Positions 23,891 to 36,750 of a stretch of DNA of 64,000 nt are shown here, piece after piece. The notes under the pieces are model-generated. The model was given only the letters and a program-made list of their open reading frames with translations. It ran no database searches and was not told the DNA's origin. Made by a program: the position numbers and the translations under genes. Positions within the stretch are counted from its first letter, which is position 1; every line of letters starts with the position of its first letter. This DNA is from Chiloscyllium plagiosum (taxonomy: Eukaryota): positions 135,311,444 to 135,375,443 of the forward strand of contig NC_057711.1 of assembly GCF_004010195.1 (NCBI RefSeq), read 5' to 3'.

Positions 23891-24149
23891 ACAAGTATGA
23901 CACTAAAAGTCACATTTTTTGTATAATCTTTGAAGTCCAAATTTATGATAAGATCAGAAATAAATTGTCTGCAGGAAGTACAACATAAAATTTTAATGGT
24001 GTACATTTTGCATTTTGCTATTAGCTTTTTATGAAATACTTTGGATTCAAAAATATTGTTGAAATTAGATTTTTAATAATTTTGTATGTACGTGCAAAAA
24101 TTGGGCCAGTTTCCAACAGCAAGCATGTAACTGCCATGAGGCTCTTATG

Positions 24150-24730
24150 AATGCATACATGAGGAGCAGCCATTAACCACTTTACACTCTGCCATTCAAT
24201 ATAATTATGTTTACCCCATTCCCGCCTAACCCTATTAAGCAAAGAGGTGAAAACTTATCGATAGTCTATCTACTTCTGTCTTAAAATTATTCAAAGACAC
24301 TGCTTTCTCCAAATTTTGAGAAAGGCAGTTCCAAATACTCATGACCTTCTGTGAGAAAAGGGGTTCTCCTTTACTCTGGCTTAAATGGATGGCCCATTAT
24401 ATTAAAACAGTGGCCCCCAGTTCAAGATTCGTTCACAAGGGGAAATATCTTTTCCACATTCACCCTATCATGATGTCTTAGGATCTTATATGCTTCCATC
24501 ACCTCACCTCTGACTCCTCACAGATATAAGTCCCCAGGTCTGTCCAACCTTCCTGTAGAACCTAAAGTGCCCATTCCAGGTATCAGTCAAGTAAAACATT
24601 TCTGAATTGCTTCCAACATATTTCCATCCTGGCAGGTAGGACTAGATTGGGTTGGGATATCTGGTCGGCATGGCCGGGTTGGACTGAAGGGTCTGTTTCC
24701 GTGCTGTACACCTCTATGACTCTATGACTA
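24150..24730. mobile_element. Old CR1 3' end (minus) abutting a younger CR1 tail (plus, 24631-24730)
   Basis: The minus-strand segment follows the CR1 3' layout. The plus segment reads GGACTGAAGGGTCTGTTTCCGTGCTGTA..CTCTATGACTCTATGAC. Confidence 0.65.
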
Positions 24731-25599
24731 TAGTTCTATTCACAGTTTCACCATACCAATTGCTTATGTAACTATGTGACCTACATACTTTTGTATTCAG
24801 TTTGACTCACAATAAACAATAACAATGCAGTGTTGAAGTTTAGAAATGTAGATGGATTTGAGATATGCTAAGAGGGAGCAGAGAGGGTGGTACATGTTGG
24901 ATGTCAATGGGGTTGCATGGGACCAGTACCCATGGAATGTGTCCTGAGATATTGATGTCTGGTCACCAACATGGCAGTCCTTTGGAACAATTGTCAAGCT
25001 GAAATCACCAGTCACCACATTGAGAATTCTCAGCGTAAAGTTTGCCTGCAGCAGGTGGTAACTTATGTAATAATTAGGCCAGATGTGCAGTTAATAAAGT
25101 CATTAACAAACAAACGTCCACCTTCATAATCAACTAGCCACTGCCTACTGAGTGTCCCTCATTGATGCCCAAAACATATTAAGTTACAGCAAGTTATTGC
25201 TGGCATTGAGACAAGCATCGTTGGATTCATTTCTCTCATAGTTCTGCTGCATTCCTCACCATAACCTACAATTTTCAGGCACCTATAAGATTCTACCCCA
25301 TATCCTTTTGTAGCCTTCTTATCTTCTCTTCACTTCTTTCTTTCCTAATTATCTTTCATCAGCAAATTTAACAACTGTATCTTCAGCCCTTTAATTCAAG
25401 CCATTCATATAAATCATAAAAAAAAGTTGAGTCTGACATTTTATGAAGTGTTTCTACTTGGTCTCTGCTGAGAACCGATTTTAGTAATCCATTTTGGGAC
25501 TGTTTTTCAGTGTTACCAAAAATTACTTTGTAGCAGTTCCCTATAGTGACCTTCAAGATAGCTTTTGTAACGACAATCTGTAATTAGAAAGGACAGATA

Positions 25600-26165
25600 G
25601 GTAAAATCACCATGGTTCTACTCTCTCATTACAGGGAGACAACTGGCAGTGTTTTAACTGGAGGGTCACCCACACCTTATCAAGGAGAGGAGCTAAGAAT
25701 GAACATAATCCCGACAGTGTGGAAACAGTCTATTTGGCCCAACAAGTCCATACTAATTCTCTGAATGGCATCTCACCCAGGCCCATTGCCCCTACCCTAT
25801 TTCTACAACCCTGCATTCACCATGGCTAACACATCTAACCTACACATCCCTGGAGACCACAGGGTAATTTATCATGGCCAAACCATCTAACTTGCACATG
25901 TTTTGGACTGTGGGAGGAAACCAGAGCACCTGGAGGAAATCCACATAGTCATGTGGAGATTGTGCAAATTCCACACAGACAGTTACCCAAGGATGGAATC
26001 GAACCTGGGTCTCTGGTACTGTGAGGCAGCAATGCTAACCATTGACCCACCTTAAAGAAGAAAGGGGTTTCATAGTTACCTCAGCCAGTACAGGATTGGA
26101 ACCTGCACTGCTGGCATCACTGAATTACAAACTATCCACCCAGCCAATTGAGCTAGCTGACTGTC
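25600..26165 (-). mobile_element. Second tRNA-derived SINE, interrupted by an HE1 SINE
   Basis: Pieces 25600-25700 and 26055-26165 join into the 20210/53270 family. Confidence 0.6.
25702..26051 (-). mobile_element. HE1-type V-SINE
   Basis: Tail, V-domain and head (GGAATCGAACCTGGGTC..GCTAACCA) are all present. Confidence 0.88.
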
Positions 26166-26764
26166 TCAAAGGATCAATACCCTGGGCAAGAAATCAATGT
26201 GGTTTTAGATCACTCAACTTTATGTTTTAATTTTTTTTGCACTGGAACCTAATTATTTTAAGGGATCTACCTTTTTTATCCTGTAAGATAAATAATGAAT
26301 GCAAGGCAGACTCATTCAATGTGACATTTAGCATTGAGCAGAACCATCTGAATATTGCACAAGAAGGATCAACTTCAAAATGCAACTAAGATTTCACTTA
26401 TGCATTATTCAGATTAATCCTCTTATCATGTAAATATCATACCATGTTGGGCAGTCACTATTTATCTCACAGGATGACAAAAGACACATGAAAATGAGGA
26501 AAACATCTGTAAACACAACAAAATTTGCACGTTCCCACCTTATATTGTTTTTCCAAAAGAAACACACTTTTTAAAAAAAAACACTTATCCAACAAAAAGC
26601 ATCAAGTAAGAAGAGCTCAATGAGGTTGTATGTTTCTGAGCTTCATTACATCAGGAAAGCCAAACAAATTCACCTTCTCACCTCCTAAAAGAAAGAAAAC
26701 AATTGGAGCAAAGGGAAGATGTCAGGCATCAGGAGATGCAACAGCGCCACAGATGAAGGTATAT

Positions 26765-26860
26765 TAGGAACAAAAATAGAAATTGCTGGAAAAGCTCGGC
26801 AGGTCTGCAGAAGGAGATCAAGAATTAACATTTCTGGCCGAGTGACCCTTCCTCAGAACT
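26765..26860 (-). mobile_element. Short Penelope-like pLTR insertion
   Basis: Minus strand reads agtt-CTGAGGA-AGGGTCACTCGGCCA-GAAATGTT-aatt. Flanked by GGTATA on both sides. Confidence 0.7.
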
Positions 26861-28219
26861 GGTATACCTCAGAAGATATATCAGGAACACCTACAACAGT
26901 CATTATTTATTTTCCTTTCCAGAATACTGATTAAAGTCCTGGTTGAGTTTCTCCAGCCTAACGTTTTTGACGGGGGAATGGGGCATCTCTGATCACTGGC
27001 ACTTGTTCGAAACTAACAAGTTGCTCCAACCATTGTAATACCTGACCTTACACAGACAAACACACATCAGTTATGCTGTTCTGCTAGGGGTTTTGTAGCA
27101 GTCTGAGCTAAGGAATCACAGGCAATTCCAGCAGGTATTCGTCAGCTCCAATATATAACCAGTCTCTGAAGTGAAAACACCTCAGTAAAAAGAGAATGCA
27201 ATTTTTTAATGACATTGTGGAGGTGATATAATTCACCCTACCTTTAGCAAGGAAAACGTTGTATGAAATGTCATTCTTTATTGACCATCTCACTTTAAGT
27301 CAAAGGATGCAATCTGGGCATTAAAAATCTAATAACTTTCTTTTTAAAATTTACTGCTAAACACCTGGATATGGGTTTATGTGTCATTATGCAGAACCTG
27401 AGCATGCTGCATAATATGGATACTTTTAATTAGCCTGTTTAAAGAGGCTAAGACATACTGATGGAGCACACGGAACTTGAACTAAGGACTCCTAGCTCAA
27501 AAAGTAGGACACTACCACTGCATCACAAGAGCCCCAGCTGCAGAAGCTAAACCAACTTTCACAAACTGTATCAGCAGGGTCTGGTCTGTTCTTAATAAAT
27601 GTATTGAGAAGTAATAATGAATAATAATCAGATTGTACATTTCAGAAATGAATAACAAGTGTTTTTTTTTCACATTTTGTCCACTAATTGACATGTTTCA
27701 CTTGGATATTATTTAAGTAACATTGAAAATGCTGTGCAGGAGCAAGAATACTGACACCAAAAAGTGGTCTTTTGACCTTCTGTAGAATTGCATGTGGCAA
27801 ACTCAAGATTAAATCCCAATATCTTTATGTTGGGATTTGACAATTCATGATTAAGTTTCCATCAGCAGAAAGTGCCTGGCTGTATACCAAGAATTGTGAG
27901 AGTTTGAATGAGTTGAATATGCTTCAGCTTGTATTTAAAGTTATTATAGATTCACCTGTCATCTGTATTTGGATCCTAGTATCATTTTCCTCTATCTATT
28001 TGTCTTTCTGACCTTGGTAATGTGTTTTACAGAGACACCAACTCAAGTTCAACTCTGCTACTTAAAGCCAATCCGCATCTCTTAAGGGAAGATGCATTTT
28101 TACAATAGCAGGTCCTGAAGCCATTCTAGAACACAGTTCAAATTGTGAAAGAAATAAAAATCAAAGTGTCAAGCTCCAACGTTCTCCAATAGACTTCTGG
28201 AGATTTGTAAGTGATTTAT

Positions 28220-28428
28220 GAACAGAAGTTGGAAAAGCTCAGCAGGTCTGGCAACATCTGTGAACTAGAAATTAGAGTTAATGTTTCAGGTTCAATACTC
28301 TTCCTCAGAACCCAAAACATTACCTTTGATTTCTCTTCAAAGATGCTGCCAGACCTACTGAGTTTTTCCAGCAACTTCTATTTTTGTTTCTTATTTACAG
28401 CATCCGCAGCTCTTTCGGGTTTTTTTCA
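28220..28428. mobile_element. Fold-back Penelope-like mini element
   Basis: Arms GGAAAAGCTCAGCAGGTCTGGCA / TGCCAGACCTACTGAGTTTTTCC. The centre lies at CTTCCTCAGAA (about 28300-28310). Confidence 0.75.
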
Positions 28429-29502
28429 AGGGATACATGTCTATTTTGACACATTTTTGAAATTTTCAAACACTTCCATGTAATATTACAAGGCTAGTGA
28501 GTTCTGTTTATAGGAGTGTCTGGATGAGTGGGTTGGGAGCAGGAAGGTGAATTGAGGGCATAGGATAACATGGAGATCTGAAAGATGTTCAAGAGGCTTG
28601 ATAGGGTAAAGACATTGAGAGGGATGGGAGTGAGGAGCTCTGGGGATTGACAATGGCTTGGGTATAAAAGGATGTGAGAATGAGAAAGTGAGGGGGCTAC
28701 AGGATTGAGGGGGTGAGGAGTGCTGGTGGTGAAGGTGGTTTAGGAAGAGGAGTGACTGAAGGGAATTTGAACAAAGTTAGTTGAGAGTATACTGGCATAG
28801 ATACGGGCCTTAGGATGATGGTTTAACATTTTTAATGTGGTTGAGGGCTGCTATTTAAGTTCTGGAGATATGATTGACAGAGTCAAAGTGAATAATGCAT
28901 GTTGATGGAAATGCAGATTGATGGAGAGGGTTGAGGGAATTTATGGTATGTTGAGATGATTAGGGAGGTTTGAGGGGCTAATGGGGGATTGGAGGTGAGT
29001 GTTTAAAGGGTTTTTAAGGGTGCATGTGGGTAAAATGGTGAGGAGGTGAGGGGAGCGATAGAAGTGAGGAGATAAGAGATGTATGAAGGGGTAAATAGTG
29101 AGGGGATGAGCAGATAGGGAGTGAAAGTAAGGTGTTCTGTAGAAGTCTCCAAGTCTCTCAGAGTGAAGGTGAGCTTTTTTATAACATCACTGTAACTCAA
29201 GGCGTTTCCATCGGCTATGACTGCTTCAGTTGATGAAAATCCCACTGCCCAACATTGCCAGCTAGGAACTGGAATCACAACATCAAAAATCTCCTAATTC
29301 CCAACTTTCATCTGAAACACGAATATCCAGCCCAATATCCAATGCAGTAGGATCTCTTCATCACTGTAGATTTGACAAGGGCAGAGATTATGAGACCTCA
29401 ATTTTAAATCAGAGCAGAAATTGATGTTTGCTGAGATTCTGGGCAAGTGATTCAGAAAGGTTCAGAGAGATTTAGACTCCTCGGCTTTATTTAATTTTAA
29501 AA

Positions 29503-30495
29503 AATGGAAATAAAGTTTAATTTAGATAAATATGAGGTGCTATATTTTGGTACAATATATAAGGGCAGTGCTTATACACTTAAAGGCAAGGACCTGCAAA
29601 ATGTTGCCGAACAAAGAGACCTTGGGGTGCAGGTTCTTGATTCCTTGAAAGTGGAGTCACAGGTAGACAGGATAGTGTAGAAGGTGTTTGATATCCTTGC
29701 CTGGTTAGTCCGTGTATAGAGTATATGAGTTGGGAGGTCATGTTGTGGCTGTACAGAACATTGGTTAGGCCACTTTTGGAATATTGCATTCAATTTTGGT
29801 CTCCCTGCCAGAGAGAAAATGTTCAGAGAGATTTACAAGGGTATTGCCAGAGATGGAGGAATTGAGCCATGGGGAGAGGCTAATTAAGCTGGAGCTATTT
29901 TCCCTGAATTGTTGAAGTTTATAAAATCATGAGGGGCATGGATAGCATGAAAAGCCAAGGTTTTTTCCCCAGGGTCCAAAATTAGGGGGCATGGCTTTAA
30001 GGTGAGAGGGGAAAGATTTAAAAGGGACCTCAGAGATATGCACAGGGAATTGTGTATATGGAATGAGCTGCCGGTCTTGAAGAAGGGTTACACCTAAAAT
30101 GTTGACTTCTCCACTTTCTGATGCTGCCTGGCTTGCTGTGTTCTTCCTGCCTCCTGCCTATCTACTTTGGATTCCAGCATCTGCAATTTTTTGTTGTCTC
30201 TAAGAGGAGGTGGTGGAGACTGGTACAATTAAAAACATTAAAAAGACATCTGGATGGGTATATGAATAGGAAGGATTTAGAAGGATATAGACCAAATGCC
30301 GGCAAATAGCACTAGACTTATCTAGGATATCTGGCCAGCACGGATGAGTTGAACTGAAGGGTCTGTTTCCAAGCTGTATGACTGTATGACTCTAAACACA
30401 ATTAGATTAATTTATCTGGTCGCATGAACAAGTTGGAATGAAGGCTCTGTTTCTGTGCTGTACATCTCAATGATTCTATGACTCTATGACTCTAA
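29503..30495 (+). mobile_element. CR1/HER1-type LINE 3' end with a PLE insertion and two consecutive tails
   Basis: Peptide LVRPLLEYCIQFWSP. Tails at about 30310-30395 and 30400-30495. Confidence 0.88.
30074..30202 (+). mobile_element. Short Penelope-like pLTR insertion inside CR1
   Basis: Splits CR1 GAATGAGCTGCC|AGAGGAGGTGG. Begins gtc-TTGAAGA-AGGGTTACACCT-AAAATGTT-gac. Matches 18580-18710. Confidence 0.78.
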
Positions 30496-30520
30496 ATCAC
30501 GAGAGATATTTAATGGTTAG

Positions 30521-30784
30521 TCCAGTGATTATAATGAGGTCAGCTAGGTGGACCTCATAGAATTAGAGTTCCCTGATTGGGGCTGTTAACCTGGTCCAAT
30601 TCGGGAGCCCTGGCTGACAGATATAAACAGGAGTGTCAGACAAAGAAAAAAAATATGAAGAGGGGTGTCAGAGGTTCTGTTCTAAGAGCTGGCTCTGAGG
30701 AAACCAAACCAATGTCAAGTATTATTCATGTGTGAATAAAGGGTGACTTGATGATGGGTTACCAATCTCTGCGGAGTTATTTCA
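30521..30784 (+). mobile_element. Solo LTR
   Basis: TATAAA at about 30622, AATAAA at about 30735, ends TTATTTCA. 5-bp flanks GTTAG/GATAG. Second copy at 50844-51069. Confidence 0.75.
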
Positions 30785-31633
30785 GATAGTTGTTCCAATA
30801 TTGCCCATTTTATACATTCACCCAAAGTCAAAACTATTTCCACTGTCATTCTGAAGTCCAAAAATAGTTACACTCTAGTCTTAAATCCATGTGCAACTGT
30901 TTGAGACAGTATTATGCTTCGATATTTGAAATGACAGTGTGCTACTCAATGAATAAATTGTATTTCTATTTCAAAATATGTCCATCATCACTTTTCAGTA
31001 AATAAAGCTGCTTTCAGATGAGCCAATCTACAACTACATTCTGACTTTTTGACAGTTTATGTGTTTCATCTGCTGTGGGAGCAGTTCAGTGGATATAAAC
31101 TTGATTATATTGGGTGGGATAATTTATGACAAATGCAAAGGTTAATTAGTGTTAATTGTTAATTGCATCCACTGTACTAAACTCATTGTTGCATTGATGG
31201 GAAATGCTGCAATTCTGTGCCCAACTGTGCCCACCTCAGGCTATTTTTCAAGGGCCAATTAAACAATTATCATTTCCCTTGCTCCTTTTCTGCATCACAT
31301 GAATCAAACTTTTTAAAGGGATGCTGCATAACACATTTAATACCCGAGCAATGACAGAATTACTGGCAGTTGTAAATGTCAGGATTGTAAATGAGTAGCA
31401 AGAGAGATACAAATACAACAATGAAGCACAGAAAAATGAACTTTGAATCCACAGTGAATCAACAGCTTAAAAAATGGATATTAGACTATACTTGGAGTTT
31501 ATCAATATTTGCTATCAATGTTTGAAAGTGCTCAATTATTTTTAAATATACCTGTTCTTAATAGCTTTTTGTACTTGCATTGCTTAACGAGGTCAAATCA
31601 AAGAATTCCTACAGTATGGTAAAAGGCCATGCA

Positions 31634-31836
31634 GGAGAAAGTGAGGACTGCAGATGCTGGGGATCAGAGCTTAAAAATGTGTTGCTGGAAAAGCGCAGCA
31701 GGTCAGGCAGCATCAAAGGAGCAGGAGAATCGACGTTTCGGGCATAAGCCCTTCTTCAGGAATCCTGAAACATCGGTTCTCCTTCTCCTTTGATGCCGCC
31801 TGACCTGCTGCGCTTTTCCAGCAACACATTTTTAAG
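31634..31836. mobile_element. Fold-back Penelope-like mini element (young)
   Basis: Arms CTTAAAAATGTGTTGCTGGAAAAGCGCAGCAGGTCAGG / CCTGACCTGCTGCGCTTTTCCAGCAACACATTTTTAAG. Extra tail on the left arm. TSD AAGGCCATGCA / AAGACCATTCA. Confidence 0.85.
31727..31764 (-). ncRNA. Minimal type-I hammerhead ribozyme motif
   Basis: gauuc-CUGAAGA-a-GGGC-uuau-GCCC-GAAA-CG-UC-gauuc. Core intact, stem I weak. Confidence 0.65.
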
Positions 31837-32689
31837 AAGACCATTCAGACTATTGAGTCCACACTGACTCTCTGAGGAGTATCTCACCCAGACTCAGATT
31901 CTTATCCTATTCCTGTCACTCTATCTCCCATGGCTAACCCTGCTAGCCGACACATCCCTGGACACTCTAGACAATTTAGCATGGCCAATCCACCTAACCT
32001 GCACATCTTTGAACAGTGGGAGGAAGCCCACGCAGACATGGGGAGATTGTGAAAACTCCACACAGACAGTTGCCTAAAGATGGAATCGAACCTGGGTCTG
32101 TGGCGCTGTGAGGCAGCAGTGCCAATCGTTGAACCACTGTGCCACCCTCCACTGGAGGCTTTTTAGAATTGGCTCTGTGGCACAAACAGTCACTCAGAAA
32201 TGACACGATCAAAACAATCACAAATTAAAGTCAATAACCTGCATTTATTTAGCAACTTCCAATAGTCACGATGAGGCATGGACTCCACAGCCAGTGAAAT
32301 ATGGCTTAAGTGCAGTCAGAAGTTAAATGCAACTGCTAATTTTCACAAAACAAATCACCAGATTTGTGCAATACAACAGTGTGGACAGTAAGAAATGTTT
32401 TTTTTTGGTTTGAGAGTTGACAGTAGGTAGTTATATAATCTTGAAATCAGACATAGCTATACCAGTGTTGTGGGTTGTGTTGGACTTTTGTATATGTTGT
32501 TTATCTCTAGAAAATGAAAAAATTAAGCTAGTTCTAAATCCAAACAATTTATTTACAGAGCATTACAACATCTCAGAACTTGCAAATGTGTTAACACACA
32601 TATGGTCACTACCCATTTCCTTTCAGAAACTGAGTGGAGGCAGTCACTTAACACTGTCACTCAACTCACAGGCTTAAGCAATCAAACAA

Positions 32690-32850
32690 GTCATAGAGTC
32701 ATAGAGATGTACAGCATGGAAACAGACCCTTCGGTCCAACCTGTCCATGCCGACCAGATATCCCAACCCAATCTAGTCCCACCTGCCAGCACCCAGCCCA
32801 TATTCCTCCAAACCCTTCCTATTCATATACCCCAGGGAAAGCAGCCCCAA
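32690..32850 (-). mobile_element. CR1 3' tail
   Basis: GTCATAGAGTCATAGAGATGTACAGCATGGAAACAGACCCTTCGGTCCAAC on the plus strand. Confidence 0.85.
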
Positions 32851-33679
32851 CTTCCTCGTAAATCTTTTCTGAATCCTTTCAAATTTCCTTCTTCACTGCC
32901 CTTAAAACTTCCAATTTTGGTGTTCAAGCATCAGGAAACAATCAAATGTTGAATAATTAAACCATAAAATTCGACAGTTAAAATGAATAGTTTCATGTAA
33001 AGAATAATGAAAAGTTGGGATTCTCTTCCTCAAACAGATTTTGTGGTTAAAGTAGTTGGAAAAGTCAAAGTTGTTATGGAAATGTTATATGTTAGGTATT
33101 GATGTTAAGGAATATGTGTCAGAGTGAATAAATGAAGTAAGGATGCATTCTTACAGGTTTTAAGGGATGATTCATCTGCAGCTGTTTGAGTTGACCAGAT
33201 AATCAGTATTTTTCATAATGTTTCTTGAGTAAGGTGAACTATAGAATGAGTGTGGCACTGAGGTTGGCCAACTAGCCTATCATATCAGCACTGGCCTTCT
33301 GAAAGTTCAATTCACTTAGTGTCATGCCCCTGCCTTTTTCCTATAACCTGAAAATGGGTAATCTTCAGATAATCAAATTCCCTTTTGAAAACCATTATTG
33401 ATTCTGCCTCTACCACATTCTCAGGCAGTACATTTCAGATCTTAACTATTCACCACGCAAAAACATTTTTTTTTGCATACCATTGTTATTTCTTTTTCTA
33501 ATCATCTAAGGTTAATATCCCCTGCTTCTTGATATTTGGACCATTGTGAGGTTTCTTCTAACCAATTCTATCCAGAGTCCATGTGATTTTGTGTACCTCC
33601 ATTAAATCTCTGTTCAACCCTTCCTCCTCCGAGGAAATATTGGACAAGACACTTCTGCTGTGACGGGAATTGTAATGGT

Positions 33680-33825
33680 CATCTGAGAGGGGAGAGATTT
33701 ATCTTATTAAAAGACAGCACCAATACAGCAAAGCATCAGCTTGAATTATGTGCTCAGGGCTTGGAATGGACTTCAACCTATAACCTTTAATGTCAGAGCC
33801 AAATATTCAACCAATGAGCCAATGA
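33680..33825 (-). mobile_element. Deu-SINE (SacSINE1-like) head remnant
   Basis: Minus strand reads TGGCTCATTGGTT...AAGGTTATAGGTTGAAGTCCATTCCAAGCCCTGAGCACATAATTCAAGCTGA. Confidence 0.5.
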
Positions 33826-34779
33826 TTCCACTGTGTCAAACTAGAAGAAATACTGCTCAACTTAGAAAGATCTGACAAGAAAATCAGAAAATTCTACGAT
33901 GGACATTGAATTGTTAAACAGGACAACAGTATAGAAATAGTGTGCATATGCTTATATTGTGCATGGTAAAAATGGTCCTGAAGGACAGCTGAATTGCAAA
34001 CTCACTGTTGCAATTAGTTATCTTTTACTGCTGTTCATGGTTATTGTCAGCAACAGGTTGCGCGATTTGCATAAATGATTTCCTTTGATGCAGTTTTCAG
34101 TGAAAAAGTAAATCTCAAATCTACTGTACCCTAACAGTAGGTACATAAATTTACTTCAAAGTGAAGTCTTCTTTTCTGGAATCAAATGTTCTTGGTTTTA
34201 AGAAAATGTATAAAAATGCATATACTTCCGGTTCATAAAACAATTCAAGCCGAATGCCTTTATAACCTGATTTAGACCATGTATTAGCTTTCTTGGTGCA
34301 TACATTATATATGATACTCAAAGTACAAATTTATTTCAGTTATAATATTACCGTTAAAAGTCTTAATACATTAATTTGTATCCTTCCTTTAAAGAACACT
34401 TTACTTTGCAGAAAGTGTTGAAGTGAAACATACCTTCAAAATAAAGCTGGATTAGTGAAAGTGATTCAAGCCAAATGTCAAGTAAGATAATTCACATCAT
34501 TAACTAAGGATTCTTGTTTACTTCCTCTTACTTTGCAGCTATTAAATAATAGACCAAGACAATTAGCCAGAGAAAATGTCATAGGTAGACCAAGGAATTA
34601 TTGTCCAAATACTGATGGTCAGTGAACAAACTTGCTGCTAGTTTATAACAGCAGGAAATTAAGACACACTTTAATGAAGGGAAACGTTCATTGTCAAGAA
34701 TGCTAAACCTAACACAACTACGTATTACAGTGGTCAATTCCAAAAATGTATGGAAACTTTCAATATGTTGAAAGAAGAG

Positions 34780-35570
34780 CAACAAATGAACTATGAGGAT
34801 AGGAAAGCCAACTTTGTGGTCACATTAGATAATGTCAGCATAGATTGATAGGAGAGTGGTCATTGGTGATTAATTTATTTGATTTTGTTTAGATGAGAAG
34901 AATGTGGTGAGTGCTGAAATTTTCAGATGTTTGATAAGGTGCCAAATAAAAGCTACGCAATGAAACAGAGGTACTCAGGAAAAGTAACATTATACACAGA
35001 GAAGTGACCAGATTGCAGAAAGTACACTGATGTTTTGCCGGTTTGTATGTTAAAAGGGGCAGTGTGTTATTGATACCTGTGTCCAGATCTCCTTCACTTT
35101 CTATTAGGCACAGGATGACTAATACTGAGGTCTGCTGATAATCTCAAATTTGGGGCGTGTCAAACTATGATAAGGAATGCTGGAGACAGCAGGATAGAAA
35201 CAAGTTAATGCAGCAAATATTTGGGTAGCACTACTGAGCACAGATAACTGGTAAGAAGAATATTTTGGGAAACAATAATTAAAGAAATCATAACTTAAAT
35301 GTTGAAGACTCCATTCCTTTATTTCACAAAGTATAGGGTTATAGATCGTTGAACATAGCAGCGAGTTAGAAAGGCCATAAAAAGATAAGAGGACTTAGAA
35401 ATTTTATGCACAGAGCTTTGGAAATGCATGGAACTTGAATGAGACATTAATGAGGCAAAAGTTCCAGTATTAAAACATTGGTCTATATTTCTTTCCATAC
35501 CATATCCCCACTCGTAAGAAGCATGTTAGAGCTGTGCAAAAAAGGATTGAACCAGAAGAAAGGGAGGTTG
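34780..35570 (+). mobile_element. Very old CR1-like RT remnant
   Basis: Peptides FDKVP and SADNLKFG plus a VQKR-like motif, in CR1 order. Confidence 0.45.
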
Positions 35571-36264
35571 AGAGTGCAATGGTTGACAAGTTGAGAGCTC
35601 AAACATCGTGGCAGTGTAGAGCAATTAGTTAGAATGTGAAATAATCTATACAGCAGGAGGCACAGCTCTGAACCATAACTACCACCTTATCAACTGATAT
35701 TTCTGAATACTAAACCAAAGAGTTAGGATGTATGGTTAAATGGTGGCTGATCACCAATGGTGCTAATTATCTTATAAACACCAGATTAAACATTTAGACT
35801 TCAGTTTATAAATCATGCAATAAAGTTTAACTATGTGCATTGGCTGGTAATTATGAATTAAACTAAAATACTGGGACAAATAACAGAGGAGAGAAACAAC
35901 AAGTTGCCTAAAGGCTTATGTCAGCCAATCACATTGGTCAGCAAAACTCCAAAAACAACAGATCTGGAAAGAGACAGAAAAGAAGGCCTTTTGGTCCATC
36001 GAGACTGCTGTGTAGATGGTCATGTGCAGTGAGATACTGCTAAGCAGTCTCCTGTCATTGCTAAGAATCTGGCCCCAACTTTATAGAGGGGATGGTGCAT
36101 GGAAGGGCAGAACAGCAATATCCCATTAGCACAGATTATACTTCATCTCCTAGATGTCGGGCAGACCCAGAGATACGCGGTTGCTAACGCTGTTGGACAG
36201 ACTGCCTACTCCTCTGCTATCCTGGACTGATGCAGCAACACTTCGTGAAAAATCCAGAGGTAGA

Positions 36265-36435
36265 TACTCTCATAGAATTGAGAAGCATCTGGATGGGCAT
36301 ACGAAATGCTAGAGCATAGCAGGCTATGGACCAAGACCAGGTGAATGGGATTAGTGTAGTTTGTCGCTTGTTTGTTGGCATGGCCATGATGGGCTGAAGG
36401 GCCTGCTCCTGTGCTATCTGACTCTCTGACTCTCT
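36265..36435 (+). mobile_element. CR1 3' tail
   Basis: GCATCTGGATGGGCATA..GATGGGCTGAAGGGCCTG..CTCTCTGACTCTC. Confidence 0.7.
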
Positions 36436-36545
36436 CTGAATGTTCATTGTGAAGCTTGTGTACTAGGGACTGTTACTGGGTGAATGGTGGAGTTGAATTA
36501 CACTGAGTAGTATGAGAGGTTCCTTGTGATCATGGATTCACTGGC

Positions 36546-36750
36546 CTTGTCCACTCGTGTGAGATCATTAAACTTCTTGTGGCCAGGTTGTCGGATCCAG
36601 ATTCCTGGCATTGATTTCCTTGGTCACCTGCTCCCAATTGCTTTGGTGAGTGGCACTTGACAGTCTCATGGCTCTACATGGAACTCTGCCTAGCTCTTAC
36701 CCTTCTTAGCTTCAACATTAAAGCTATGGCCACCACATCTGAGAATTCCA
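36546..36750 (-). mobile_element. Harbinger-associated Myb/SANT-like ORF fossil, first exon
   Basis: Minus-strand peptides EFSDVVAIAL, WEQVTKEINARNT and HKKFNDLTRVDK match the Myb/SANT-like pattern F.D..L..L...W..V...VNA....QCRKKFNDL. Confidence 0.7.

Larger units (their letters stand above)
31600..32147 (-). mobile_element. HE1-type V-SINE interrupted by a PLE fold-back
   Basis: Tail at 31600-31633. Body and head at 31837-32147. Confidence 0.85.

Noticed and set aside
28500-29130. Strongly G/A-skewed tract as a functional G-quadruplex or switch-like region
   Set aside because: It has no regular repeat unit and resembles the C-rich intron-like interiors of the decayed Harbinger-type elements read on the other strand.
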